Shown here one piece after another: positions 44,249 through 57,863 of a DNA stretch of 64,000 bases. Position 1 is the first letter of the stretch, and every line of letters begins with the position of its first letter. The notes under the pieces were generated by a model. That model was not told where the DNA came from, ran no database searches, and worked only from the letters and a program-made list of their open reading frames with translations. The translations under genes and the position numbers were made by a program. The stretch lies in assembly GCA_001643675.2 (NCBI GenBank), contig LSRY02000019.1, forward strand, positions 62,001-126,000. Reading direction: 5' to 3'. The DNA comes from Monocercomonoides exilis PA203 (Eukaryota > Protista > Preaxostyla).

Positions 44249-45353
44249 ATGGAAGAAGAAAAATCATTTTTTAAAGATGATACAAATTCTTTAAACTTCG
44301 TTGTCATATCAGATCTGCATAACAATAAAGAAATGTTTGATAAATTTATGGAATGGTGTAAAGTTCATCAAGAAATGTTTGAAAAATAGTTAATGTGATT
44401 TTTGAGATGTTAAAACAATTTTTTATTTTTTTTTAAGACTAGATGTATGCATTATGCTTGGGGATATGGAGAATTACTTTCACAATAGAAAAATGGAAAC
44501 TCGGGATGTGGAAGAGATGGAAAAGAGAGTAATTGATAGATGCAAGCAAATTTCTCTTCTTTTCAAATTAATACTTTTTATTCCTGGAAATCATGAACCT
44601 CCAATGTTCTATCATGCATCGTCATTGCAAATATCAGATAATGTTTTTATTCTTCATGGATCTATAAAGAAAATCTGCGAGGGATTAATAGCAGCTGGAG
44701 TTGGTGGATGCATCCCAGGTGTATCGCGTAAACAAAAAATATTTAAAGGCTATCCGTTTAATACAGAAGTTGACTTTTTTAATTTTTTGCAATCGTCACA
44801 AATCGAGAAGTTGGCACAATATTATCAGTCAAGCTCCACCTCTTCAATTTCAGAATCCCAATTGATTGATGATGCTGTTATTTTCCTTACTCATGACGGG
44901 CCTGTACATTCGTTGACAACATTTTCGATGAATGAAGATCACATTGATTCTCTTGGATCAGTTGCCTTGTCAAAGTTTCTTCTTCACAGCTCTCATTCTT
45001 CTTTATTGAATCACATTGAAATTTTGTTACATGGGCATACTCACGAAAGTGTAGGTTTTTTCGGGGAGCATATCGTTGCTCAAGAGATAGCGGAGATTGA
45101 ACAAGTACAATATTTTGATCAAAAATTTGGAGAATATTCAACAAATATTGATGAAGAAGGCGTTCCAACTGAAAAGCCATTTTTGCCTTTTACAGCAAAT
45201 TGTTGTTCCTTGACGTTTGTCTGTTTTTTTAAGAAATGGTTTCTGATTTTAAATTTTTATATTTCTTTCAGATTAGGATATTTTACCACATTTTTTATGA
45301 AAAAAATCGAAAAGCGTTGGATAGTGGAAGAATTTTCTGAACACTTTTTATAA
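44249..45353 (+). CDS. Calcineurin-like metallophosphoesterase, 3 exons
   Basis: All five motifs: SDLH (upstream exon), LGD, PGNHE, LTHDGP and HGHTH. Introns ~44376-44437 and an in-frame one at ~45215-45271. Confidence 0.85.
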
Positions 45354-45569
45354 TTTCTAGATTATATTTTTCTGTCATAATCTATTTATATTATCTATTA
45401 AGCAAAGGGGTAATGTTCATTTTATATTTAAGAAAATTGATGAAACGTTATCAACTTCGAAAGTGGAAATTTTCCTTTCGTTGCAATTTATTCAAGTGTA
45501 ATTATTATAATTTTGAGTGAAAAAAATCTCAATTGTGTATTTTTCATGAAAAGTGAGGAATTTTTAATA

Positions 45570-47465
45570 GGGTTATTATTTTATCCTGACCCTTTTTCTT
45601 TATTCTGACACAAAAAATGAAGTGAAAAAAATTCAAAAAAACAACATAATTAAAAGAAAACATAATCAGAATTAATTCTTCTGATAACTTTCCTTTTTCC
45701 TTCAGCTCGATTTAATGCATTATCTTTCTTTTCATCTTCAGAATCATCGTTTTTCACATGAAGAAATCTTCTTTTTTTTTTTCTTCTTTTCATCCACAAC
45801 AGTCTTCACTTCATCTTTCTCCTTTTCATCCATTTCATTTTTCCTTTCAATATTCATTTTCAAATGATTTTCCCATTTCTCTAAAAGATTTTCGTCGGTT
45901 ATCACTTTTCCATCAAAGTTGTATCCATTTCTTCGGGATGGAAGAGGGTAAATAGATGATTCGGGCAATTTCAAAAGAACTGGCCCAGAAGAATTGTGAA
46001 GAACACCACTGCAGATGAAAGCTTTCTGAATAACTGAAGGACATAATACAGTGTGGATGGCTTGAGGCAGAACGTCGGAAATTGCTGATCGTTTGGAGGA
46101 AGATGAAGAAGAAGATGGAGCCTCAAATTTGTTTGTCAGTTCAGATTTGAACACAGCAAACACCACTCTGTCCAGCGGTTGATTGAGGTGTGTGCTGTGT
46201 GGTACGAAAGTTGAAACGTCGACTAGTTGTTTTTGGAATTCTCGCCAGATAGCTGGATCTGCGCGAGATGCATGCGAATCAAGAAGGAGAAAATGTGTTC
46301 GTTTTCAAGTGACATGCGCTTTCTTCTTTCGATGATAGAAGGTTGAAGAACGGTGAGAGCATGCCTTTTAAAGCACTTGTTGTCTATCCATCCGCTGCAA
46401 CAGCTGCCACGAATGTCGAATTTATCATTCTTGGTCGTTCTTTTGTGAAACCTGCTTTTGTGTCTGCTGTATGCACAACAAGCTGTTTGGAATCTGCAGG
46501 AAAGCGCGTTGAAGATTCATCGACATTTATCATCAAAGCTGGATTATAATGGAACTTTTCATGCAGCTCGTCGAGTGTTATGTACCAGGGTTTTAAGACA
46601 CTTCTGCACGAAACAACCAGTCTATTGATGTCCAAATTCTTCGGCGTTCCAGTCTTCAGCTCCGGATGAAGCTTGACAAAGCCGTACGTAGCAGACATTG
46701 AAACTTCTGTAAATGGTGAGTCTTCATCATCGTTGTCGTTTTAAAACATTTTCCATCTGAAAAACAAATTAACAAAACATAAAAATAAAAAAAAGCAAAC
46801 CAATTCTCTTGTTTTTTTAAAGTTAAACAAGTTCTTGACTTTGCTTCAATGTGAATAATATCCAAAACTCTATGTTCCTTTTCGCCCACTACTGCTGCAG
46901 GTCTGCCAACTTTTCCAACTAGCCTTCCTTTTCTCGGTGCTTGAACTGCATTCTTTATTACCGTACGGCTGAATTCCTTGGAATTAATATCATCCGTTAT
47001 GCGAACTACTCCATCGACAACGATGTGAGCCATTCGCTCCAGCCGACTGTGATAATTCCTGTACTTGCGCGAAGACATTGCACGCTGTAATTTTTTCTAA
47101 CCTTCTTTAAATTTTATTTCTGTTGATATTTTCATTTTTTAATAATATTTTTTAGATCATAACAATTTTTTATTTTTTTAATAGAAATGAATTAAAAAAA
47201 TCGAAAAATAACATTTTTAACGAATTGAAGGTTTCATGCCCCATGTAACCCTCCAATTCCACACAGAAGTTCAATGAAGGGGCTAAACCCTCCCTATCTC
47301 CTCCCCACTCAAAATTGGGTTTGTTTTAAAACGTATTTATTTTTATCTATTGAATTCATACATATACTTAAAAATCTTTAAAAATATGAAATTGTGGGAA
47401 AAGTTAATGATTAATTAAAAAAAATGGTCTTGATAAAAAAAAAGGTCAAGATAAAATAATAACCC
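45570..47465 (-). mobile_element. pogo/Fot-like (Tc1-mariner superfamily) DNA transposon, 1896 bp, with TIRs and TA target duplication
   Basis: Left end TA|gggttattattttatcctgacc; right end ggtcaagataaaataataaccc|TA (21 of 22 matching); transposase remnants inside. Confidence 0.9.
45744..47078 (-). pseudogene. Disrupted DDE_1-type transposase (DD35D)
   Basis: Fragments KVGRPA, LMINVDESS, VAAVAADG* and FLLLDSH-...-PHSTHLNQPLD (35 residues between the two Asp) RVVFAVFK, broken by stops and frameshifts. Confidence 0.85.
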
Positions 47466-47637
47466 TAATTCAACAAAAGATTTTCTTATTAATTTTATTT
47501 CATTTTGTCTTTGGAGCTTTGTAATTATGAATATCATTTTCAAACAAATTTTGTGTTGTTGATGAATGAACAATCATGATATTCTCAATTTTGAAGAATG
47601 TCTGATTAAAGAAAACAAAAAAAAAAAAAAAAACTTC

Positions 47638-47690
47638 TGACGTGAAAAATCAATACTGACGGACGTGAAATAAAAATCTTCATCACGTCA
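47638..47690. promoter_or_regulatory. Cluster of three GACGTGA motifs upstream of the USP gene
   Basis: tgacgtga 47638-47645, gacgtga 47662-47668 and inverted tcacgtca 47683-47690, in an otherwise CpG-poor spacer. Confidence 0.35.
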
Positions 47691-47966
47691 CGCAGGCTTT
47701 AAATAACCCAAATTTATTTTAAAAGACAAAAAATGTTATTTGCTCAAGAAAAAAAAAGTTCTTCCGAACAAATGAAAAACTTAATTATTCGATAAATAGT
47801 CATTGAGGAGATATAAACAAATATGCATTAATTTTTATGATTCTTTCTCACTAAAATTAAAATATAAGTTATAACATTTTGATCAAAAAATGTGAATGTT
47901 TAAGCAATAATTTTTTTAAACTTTGATCTGAAAAGATCAACTTGAGTACGAGAATTTATCCTGATA

Positions 47967-49954
47967 ATGACAAAATTGGAAGGCATAACAACAGAAGAAT
48001 TCGAACTTCTTAAGAAAGGATATAAAAAACAAGATTTTTTACACTTAGAAAGAGTTTATGTAATAGAAAAGAATTGGTTTGATGCTTTCTGCGAGGGGAA
48101 AGCTCAAGGACCAATTGATAATTCAATACTATTATTGGATGATCATTTATCATTTAATCCATGTTTGTTATCAAAAATAATTTTCAAAAATTTCCTGAAT
48201 TTGCAATATTTTCCTATTTATTATAATTATATTTATTTTTTTAGCAAAAAATGAAGTGAAAGATTTTTCGATAACTACAGAAATTAATTGGAAAAAACTA
48301 ATATCTGTGTATGGAGGAGGTCCTCAAATCACTTTAGATGTATTTTACAATAAAGGAACACCAATTTTAATTAAGTCTTATAATACATACTCAATTACAG
48401 CGAAAAATGTGTCAGGCGAAGTTATTGATAAAAAGAATTTAAAATGTGGAAAGTTTTTTAAGTTGCAACATTTTGTTGAGAAGTTAATCAATGAATTTCC
48501 ACAACTGAAAAATTTATCTTTCAAGATATTTGTGCACGATAACAATTCCAAACCACTTGTCCTAAACGCAGACGCTTCTTTTCAGAGTCAGATTCCATCA
48601 ACTTCTAATGAGCTAGTTGTAAGTTGCACTGAAAACGATGAACAAGATGTTTCAATTATTAACAGCCAGAAGTATTTAAGTGCATCTTCCGAAGGGTCAA
48701 CACCTCAATCAATCACCAAAATAATAGCAGCCGCAGTTACATTGGCACAAGAAACAAAACAAGAATTTTCAAAAATTAATCCGTACAAAGAGCAAGTGAA
48801 AATTGGATCTGATCCTCATTATGATCGATTGTATTCTACATCAAATACTAAATATTCCGATAGTTACAAACCTTACAATTTTCAGTACAAACAAAACGAA
48901 ACTCAGAAGACAATTTATGCATCACAAACATATTGCATGAATGAAAAAGCGAAGTACCTTAAGTGGAGGATGAAATTTAATCTTCCAGTGGAAGGATGGT
49001 GGAATATGCATGAAAAAGAACTTTCAGAGAAAGAACTTGAAACAGAAAAAGACTCAACTCAAACGAGCGTTGACAGTTTGCAGCATAAAAGCGATGCCAC
49101 ATTGAGAGAACAAAACGAAGTCAATACATTACCTCAAGTTGAGGAGCAACAACAAAGCAATATCAATCCCGAAGACAATTCAACATCGGCATCCATAAAA
49201 CAAAAAGAGATGATAAACAATTCCATTGTCACTCCTCCTTCACATTCTCAACATCTTTCTAGCACTCTTCGCGAGCCAGTCTCTGAATGCATCAAAAACC
49301 CACAAGTTTCGCAGACTTTGCCAATTGAACCACCACACACATCAGAACTCATTCCACAACTCACTTCAGAAAAAGAAACTCCTCCTCCTCCCTCCTCTTC
49401 CTCTTCCTCTTCTTCCTCTTCTTCCTCTTCTTCTTCCTCTTCCTCTTCTTCTTCCTCTTCCTCTTCTTCTTTCTCTTCTTCTTCTGAATCACTTCACTCC
49501 ACTTCAGTTAACACTTCATCCTCTCCATCTGCTGACTCCTCACTTGTTTCACCTGCGTCATTACCACCAAAATCCATTTCATCCATTCCATTTTCTTCAA
49601 AGGGATACTGGGTCTCTAACTTACCCACTCCATCTCCATCTCCATCACCTTCACCATCGTCCACTTCATTTCATTCAAATAATCTTTCTTCTTCTGCTGT
49701 TGCATCGTCTCCTTGTGCAACACCCTCTCCTCTCACCTCAAACACCTCTTCTTCTTCTTCCACAGATAATTCTGATTCAAAAGACACATTGTCTATTTTA
49801 AGCAATGCACTTTCGCAATCAACAAGCATCATTCATTATTCATCATCCACACCATTTCCTCCACCTCCTTCAACTCCAGTTAAGCCATTTCAGTCTGCCT
49901 CTTCCCTTTTCCCTTTTCCTTCATCAAACCGTCTTTATTCAATGAATTCTTCTT

Positions 49955-49985
<31 letters not shown>

Positions 49986-52900
49986 TTTATCCTCATCATA
50001 TTCATCTCAATATGTGCCTGGACTGTGTGGCCTTCAGAACTTAGGCAACACATGCTACATGAACAGTGCTCTTCAGTGTCTTTCAGCGTCTGTCCCGTTG
50101 GTGGCGCATATGCTGTCGCTGCGCTGGATCGACGAGGTCAACATGGCGAATGTGCTCGGGTGGAAAGGCGTTCTTGCTGAGGCCTTTGCCGAATGGGTCG
50201 GAGAAATGTGGGTTCCGGGCACATGGACAGAGGAGAACAGGAAGGAGACAGAAAGAGAAATGTGGGGGGATCAATCAAAAGTTAGTGAAAACAAACAGAA
50301 TAATGATAAAGCAACAGATTTGTCTTCAAGCTTTTCTATTTATTCTCGAACAGGATACAACAACTCAGCAAATCAGAACAAAAAATATTCGTATCGAGTT
50401 GTCTCACCTTCGCATCTCAAAAGTGTGATTGGAAGATGTGCAAAGCAGTTTTCAGGATATTCGCAACAGGACTCACAGGAACTTATCAGTTTTCTTTTGG
50501 ATGGATTGGTATGATTGCATTTGTCTTATTTTGAAATATTTTCTTTTTATAATATTTTTTTATTTATTTCTTTAAATCAATTTGCTATTTGCTTGAATGA
50601 TTATCAACGCAATTTACTTTGTCAAATAACAATTCTTTTTAGCACGAAGACCTCAACCGTGTGAAAGAGAAGCCATATGTCGAGTCTCCCTCCTTCTCCA
50701 CCACGAGCGACATGACAAAGGACTCCCTCGTTGCGTGGGATGCGCATCTGAAGCGGAACAACTCGATGATCGTTGACTTGTTTCAGGGGCAGCTGAAGTC
50801 GACTGTCACCTGCCCGACCTGCGGCTTCTCTTCTGTGACGTTTGATCCATTCACCATTCTGTCGCTGCCTTTGCCATCAGAGAAGCACAAACAAGGAGCA
50901 ATCTGGCAGCCAGACGGAGGGCTGGCTGGAGGGAAAGAGCAGCTGTGTGTGATTGTAATCACACAGCAGCAGAACACGAAGGAAGGACGGAGGAAATGGA
51001 ACTGCGAAACAGTGCTGTGGAAGATGAAGTGCGCACCTGAGTGTTACAGAGTGGAATGGAAGAGGAGAAAGAACGCACTTCTTCGGGAAGGCGCTGGAGA
51101 AGAAGAAATTCAAACCAAAAAAAGAGAATACAAAGAGGAAGTGAACAAAATGATCGATGAATTTAAACATTTAATCAGAAAATATGATGATGTTGATGCT
51201 GATGGCAACGAGCAAGAAAGCAATGATTCAAATTCAGAACTTCCTTGTATGTGTCCTGTGGAGATTCATTTGTCTCTTTATCACACAAAAACAGTTGGCG
51301 ATGTTCTCTCAGCAGTGAACGATATGTTTGAGTTGAATTCCACGTGGAAAGGGAAGAAAGCAGATGAAAGCAAATGCGAAAACAACGGTCCTTCTGCAAA
51401 TGAAAAGCAGACGTCGCTGGTTGCCCTCTGCGATTCTTCCATAGCAGCATCATCCACAATATACAGATACACATACACCAGTTCATATAACACTGCCTCC
51501 GCTTTCACAAAATCATTCACTCGCCTTTCAGAGAACAAAGAGGTTGGGTCTCTTCGAGGAAGGAAAATTGTGGTGATGCAAGTTGAAGGGGTTGAAGAGA
51601 CGAAAGGCAAACAATCAACTTCTTCTGTTCTGAAGCTCATAAGAGAGAAAGAAAAGAAAATTGATACTAAACACACAAATGCGCAGACATCATCTGCTTC
51701 ATCTGCAGATTCTAATAAAGGATTGCATTCAGCGTCACAGCCATCATCAGACTCAACTCTTCAAACAACGAAGCCACAATCTTTTGAGAAGAAAGAAGAA
51801 GAAACAAATAACAAGAAAGCAGATGAGAACAATGTTCAGGAATTGAAAGAAGAAAAACCAAAGAACAGTCCAAAAGACGAGCAAGAGCTTGAAAGACTGA
51901 GAAGACAGAGAGAACGAGAAGAAATGCTTGAAGAGAAGAGAAAGTTAGCAGAAAAGAAAAGATATATTTCTCCATTTTCGTCAGATTCTGACGGGGAAAC
52001 ACTAAGTAACACTTGGCCAGACGAAGTTTCATTTAAAATTCCGTCGACATCAGAAGCTATTGTATTACGCACGCCAACGCCGAACGACCCAGAACCTTCA
52101 AAGGATCTTGATCATATGACAAACACAGCAGCTGATTATTCATCGTTTATTCTTTGTCATTCAATCACAGTGTCTGTTTATCTTTCTTCAATAAATTCAT
52201 TTTATTCGTCTACTCCGTTTTCAAAGATCAAAGCAGCTACTCCTCCAATTGTCGTATCAATTAAGCGAAAGAAAGATTCTGTGGAAGACTTTTTAAGAAA
52301 GATTTGGGAAGCAGTTAAGCAATACATCAACCCGAGCCGCTACAAAGAATGGATAGAAAGCGAAGAACGCAAAGAAATAGAACGCAAAGAAAGAGAAGAA
52401 ATGGTGACTGTGAAAGAAAACATTGACAAATATTCGAGAAAGGACGAGAAATGGCGAAGGAAGCAGAAGGAGTTGGAAGACGAAAAGAGAAAGAAAGAAC
52501 AGGCAGAACGCATTTCGAAGCTGAATCAGTTGAGATTGGCGAGACTAGAAAAATTATCTTTGACGAGGAAAGATGAAAAGCAGATGCAAAATAAAGACGA
52601 TGAAGAATCACGAATCAAGAAGACTAATTCTTATCAAAGAGGAAATAGCGAAGAAGATGATGACGAAGGATCTTCACTGCTCAGTTCAATGAACTCTTTT
52701 GAAGGCGATCAATCAACTCTAAACACCACAGCTTCATTCAAAGGATCTTCTTCTTCACACTTATTTTCATCAGCACCTTGTGATACCAACAAACCAAAGG
52801 CATCTGGAATATTTCTGGAAGGGTTTACGTATTTCCCTGGGGTTCTGACAGAAAGCGAGCGGCAAGCACGCTTAATGCACAGAATGAAGGCTGTGCATCA

Positions 52901-55900
52901 ATCAGGCAAAAAACCATCAATCCCAGCAGATCAACCTGGACGCACACGAATGATCCTTTATGCATGGATTGATAAACTGTCTGAAGAAGAGAAAGAGAAG
53001 CAGAAGACTTTCATTGCCCGCTGGATGAGGGAAGCCCCGCAGCTTGAGTCTGATCTGTCTGATGTGCTGGGCAGAATAACTGAAGATGCAGAGATGATTG
53101 GAAGCTTGAGCGAGTTGACTGATGCAGCAGCTGTTATGATGGAGGAATGGGCAGATGAGATGAAGCAAAGAGAGAAAAGAAGACAAAAGAAGGCAAATAA
53201 ACAATCAGTGAATGAAAATTCCGCTGATACAACATCAAACAAGAGCTCTTCATCAGCTCCTATAAGTACAGGAACATCTTCTACCGTAATTGAAGAACAG
53301 TCGACAATTCCAAGTTTTCTGTGCTCATATTTCTATATTTCACCAGATATCCTTCAGAAGATATTTGAAACTGTTAGTTTATTTGGTTCATTCACACACT
53401 TATTTGACCAAGTCATTGAAGATAACATAAAGTCCAGTTCCTCTTTGACTGTTTCGCCTTCTTCAAAAATTAAGAAGTTTGTGATGGAGAATGCAGAGCT
53501 TATTGATGCAGTGTGTGATGAGATAGAGCAATATGCGAGGAGTAATTATTATTTCGCGATGAAGCTGGATGAAGGCTTCTACACAAATCCCATGTTCTGG
53601 CCTGTTGCTCCATCAGATCGCAATTGTGGATCACGCTCAATTTCAAACACATTAAGCTCTTCAGACTCTTTGCAGGGTAATTGTAACGAACTTGATGATG
53701 AAAACACGGATTGGCCCGAAGAATATGATGACTGGAATGATGCTGCAAGCAATGGTAATGCTTCAGATCGACAAAATGAAAGAAATGATCGCTCGGATAT
53801 GTCATTACCTGAAGATTCTCAATTTTTAGACACTCAGGTTGATTCTTCATCAGAAGAAGATGTGCTTGGAAAAGATGATGACGACGATGATATCAACTAC
53901 CAGTCAAAACTATATGGTAAGCCAGTAACAAAACATAGAAAACTTAAACATTCTAAAATGAATACTTTCAATTCTGAAATAGAGCGTTTGCAGGATTTGT
54001 CAAATGCATTGCTTCCATTGAGGAACGGTGATTACATTCTCTATGAAGACGAGCAAGATCCATTCGAAGATGAAATGGATGATGTTTTAAAGGAAATGAA
54101 TGCTTTTCCCAGTGACTCTTCGAATTCATCAATGTTTTCTAGAAATGGTTCAATGAGGGCAACATTGCCTAAATCCATGTCAACGCGCGCTCACAGAATT
54201 TTGTCAATTATGCTGATGAAAGATGTCTGCGAATTGGTGGAAAAGGAAAAAGAAAGAATGACTTTGAAGAAACTCAAAGAAGATTCTGCATCCACCTCTG
54301 AAGCTCATGAAAATGACAATGCACAAGAAGATGGAGATAATTTAACTTCAAAAGAAAAAGATTCACAAACAACATCGAAACAGAAATCTTCACTTTCGAC
54401 GTTGTCTTCAAAAAGAGATAAGATATTAAATGATATTCAGGATGGAGAAAAGGAATTGCTCGAGATTGAAAGGTCGTTATCCAAAAATAACACTGAAAAT
54501 AATGAAAGAAGTGGAAACAAGCGAAATGATGGAAAATCTTCAGGCAATTCATCAACAAGAAATCTGCAATTGATCAATGAAAAGAACATCGAAACAAATT
54601 GTAGTGATACAAACAATGATTCAAACGAGATTTCAATTGAAGTCGATACAAATGATGACGAAAGCAGTGAAATATCTGAAAGTGACAATGAAGATACTGA
54701 TGATTCGACAGATTACAAAAACAATTCAGAGGAGGATGACAGCATTTACTCAGAAGCGCTTTCTCATCTGAAAAAGACAAAGAAAAGAAGCACAAGCGCT
54801 GTGGTAATTGATGATAAAACGCCTTCAATCACTTCATTTTTCAAGCGAGTGAAAGAGACAAGCGATTCAGCATTGCCAAAACCCGAAGAAAAAAAATCGA
54901 CCCAATTGGTCAGTTCTCTTTCCTCGAATAACACTACTACAGACGTTAACACTTCTAATTCATCAACTTTACCGAGTGTAGAAAACTCTGAACAAAATAC
55001 GCAACAAAGCTCAAGTTGCGATAGCAAAATGTCTGATGATGAGGATGCAAATCCTTTGCTGTCTGAAACTCGCTTGTACCGAGAGCCTTTGTTTGGAACT
55101 GATAATGCTTTTTCTTCGTTCACCTCAAAGCAATCAAATTCACTATGCTACGAAGACTTAACTGATGGAGCATGGTTTTCTGTTCCAGCCAGAAAAAAGC
55201 ATTTCCATCGATGCAATAGAGAGAGATGTGGAATTGGAAAGCAATGGTTGCTTAAACAAGAGGATAATTACAAATGGCCTGAAGATCTGTTTGAAAGCCC
55301 AGAAATGCAGATATCGAGTATTTTAGAAGACATTAATCAAGAAGATGATTTGAATGATTCCCAACAAATGAGTGAAGATGATTCTGTGATTGACGATGCT
55401 GATGATGATGATACTGAAACTCCAAATCAACTTTTTGAAGAAATAGAAACAGCACTTGAAGACGAAGAATGGTTGGCTTCTCTTCAACTTCCAAGCCGTG
55501 CGTTACTCCCGTTTCGTGTTGTGACTGGCAACGTGGAGAACGAAAAATGGCTTTATGAAATAAACTCTGTTTGCATTTCAACAATTCAGACGAATAATGT
55601 AGAAGGGCAAATTGAAAAGCAAAATGGGAAAGAGATTCAAGATTATAATATTTTATCATTGGACAGTATTCTCCAAAAGCGGAATTCGGATTCTGTTAAG
55701 AATTGGGAACTCCAGCAGTTTGAAGCAGAGGAGAAAATAAGACAAAAGAATTTGCACAAATTCCAACAAAAGGAAGGAATAGACACAATAGAAGACACGA
55801 AAGACAGCGATGAAAATAATGAATCCAGACAGAAAACTTCAATTCCAGAAAAAGAAGAGACGGAAATAAGCCTTGTTTGGATTGCACCACAAGTGATTGA

Positions 55901-57377
55901 TGCTCACAAATCACTCAGAATTATTGAAGATTGGTCGAAAAGAAAGTGGATGATGGATATGCTCAAAGAGAAAGAGTTGTTTGAGAAAAAACAGCGAGAA
56001 GAAGAAGAAAGAGACGAATTTGAAGAGGAAAACGAAGAAAATAGAAACTCTGAAGATCCTTCGCACATGGTAAATGATAACATGATTCAAACCGATAAAG
56101 GCAAAGCTTCACATGAAGAGATGAATGAGCAAATGGAAGATGAAGATACTCAAAAAGAGAACAGGCTTTTGCAGATGAAGACAGCAGAGACATTAAGTGA
56201 CAACGATTTTATTCCAGACAAAACTGCATTATCACTGAACAAAGATTCATCCTTATCTTCTAACAAAAATGACTATAAAAAGAAAAATCACATTACAACA
56301 CTTCAGGATTGCTTCCGTTTGTTCTGCAGGAAGGAGCAGCTCAGTGAAGACAACATGTGGTACTGCCCCAAATGCAAAGCTCATCAACAAGCTTGGAAAC
56401 AAATGGACATTTGGCGATTACCTCCTTTGCTAATCATCCAGTTGAAGAGATTTTCATCAACTGCTTCGTCGCTTTCTTCTTTCTCAACATTCGATCCATA
56501 TTCGTCATCATATTATGGAATGTCTCAATTTTCTCGAAGAGAAAAATTGACAGATTTTGTGGATTATGGCGTGGATGCTGAAAACTTTAAAAGATGGGAG
56601 CGATGCAATCCTTCCGTGATTGATTCATTTGCAGAGAAAGAGGTGAAGCAATATTCTTTTAATGAGCAGAAAGATACACAAGTTAAGAAAGAGAATGTTA
56701 ACGTCGAGCTTAAAAATGATAATGGAACAGAAGAAGAAAAGAATTCAAAGCAACAAAGCGAAGTGGAAATCGACATATCCAATCAGAGTATTGCTCAATG
56801 TGCTGAAAATTCAGTTGAGAATAGTCAGAATGGAGAAATAAACAGCTCGTCATACGACGCTAAAGCTACGCCACTTCCTGAATTGAGCAATGCACAAAGC
56901 CAAAAAGAAAATGAAAAGCTGACAAGCCCACAATTATTAAATTATTCGAACATGAAACTATCACAAGAAAGTGGTTCTTATGCACCAAAATACCCACCTA
57001 TTTACAATTTATATGCTGTTTCCATTCACAGCGGTGGGACTGGAGGTGGGCATTACACTGCAAAGGCCTTATCCCCACTTACACAGCAATGGCATTCATT
57101 TAATGACAGCTACGTATCAACAGAAGGTGGATACACAAAATGGATGACGGATTCAAAGTCTGATTGCAAAGATGATAAGAAAGATGATGATGATGATATC
57201 AGTTCATATCCTCCTTCTGTCGTTTGCGGAGATGCTTATGTTCTTTTCTATAGGAGGGAAAACATTCCCTTCAACAAGGAGGTTATTGAAGGAGCTTTGA
57301 GAGAAGCTGAACAGAAAATTGCTGAAGAAGAAAGTTCCATAAAAAAGGACGAGGAAGCAAAAAAAGAAATGATATAA
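47967..57377 (+). CDS. Ubiquitin-specific protease, DUSP-USP (USP4/11/15, Ubp12-like), ~3050 aa, 3 exons
   Basis: DUSP-like YVIEKNWF..GPIDNS..WKKLISVYGGGP; Cys box GLQNLGNTCYMNSALQCL; QQDSQELISFLLDGL|HEDLNRV across intron 50509-50642; His box YNLYAVSIHSGGTGGGHYTA, WHSFND and AYVLFYRR. Confidence 0.95.
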
Positions 57378-57863
57378 TATTTTATTAAGTATTACTTAAG
57401 CGAATTTATAAATATTTTCTTGTTGTATTTATTTCGTAAACTTGAAATCAAAGTCTAAAATTTTGAGTAAACTTTCATTTCATTTCATTTCATTTCATTT
57501 CATTTTTTTTTTTTTTTTTTTTTTTTTTGACATATCACTTACAAATGAAAGAATTCTTTGTTTATTTTTTACAAATTGGAACGTGAAGGTTTTAAATATA
57601 ACCGAAAATTTAAACTACAAATTTTGAAACAATTATTAAATACTTAACTTTGTTTCAAGAAATAGCAAAATCTCGTTCGAGAAACAAATACATAATCAAA
57701 GAACTCATTTACGTGAAACTTAAATTGGAAGAAAACATACACAAAAACTCTATTTGAAAATATAACAAAAAAGACATTCGAAAAAAATTAATATAGAACG
57801 AATTTGCATGCGTCAAAATAAGAATTCAGAGAATAACTTTCAAAAATCCAAATAAAGCAAAAG

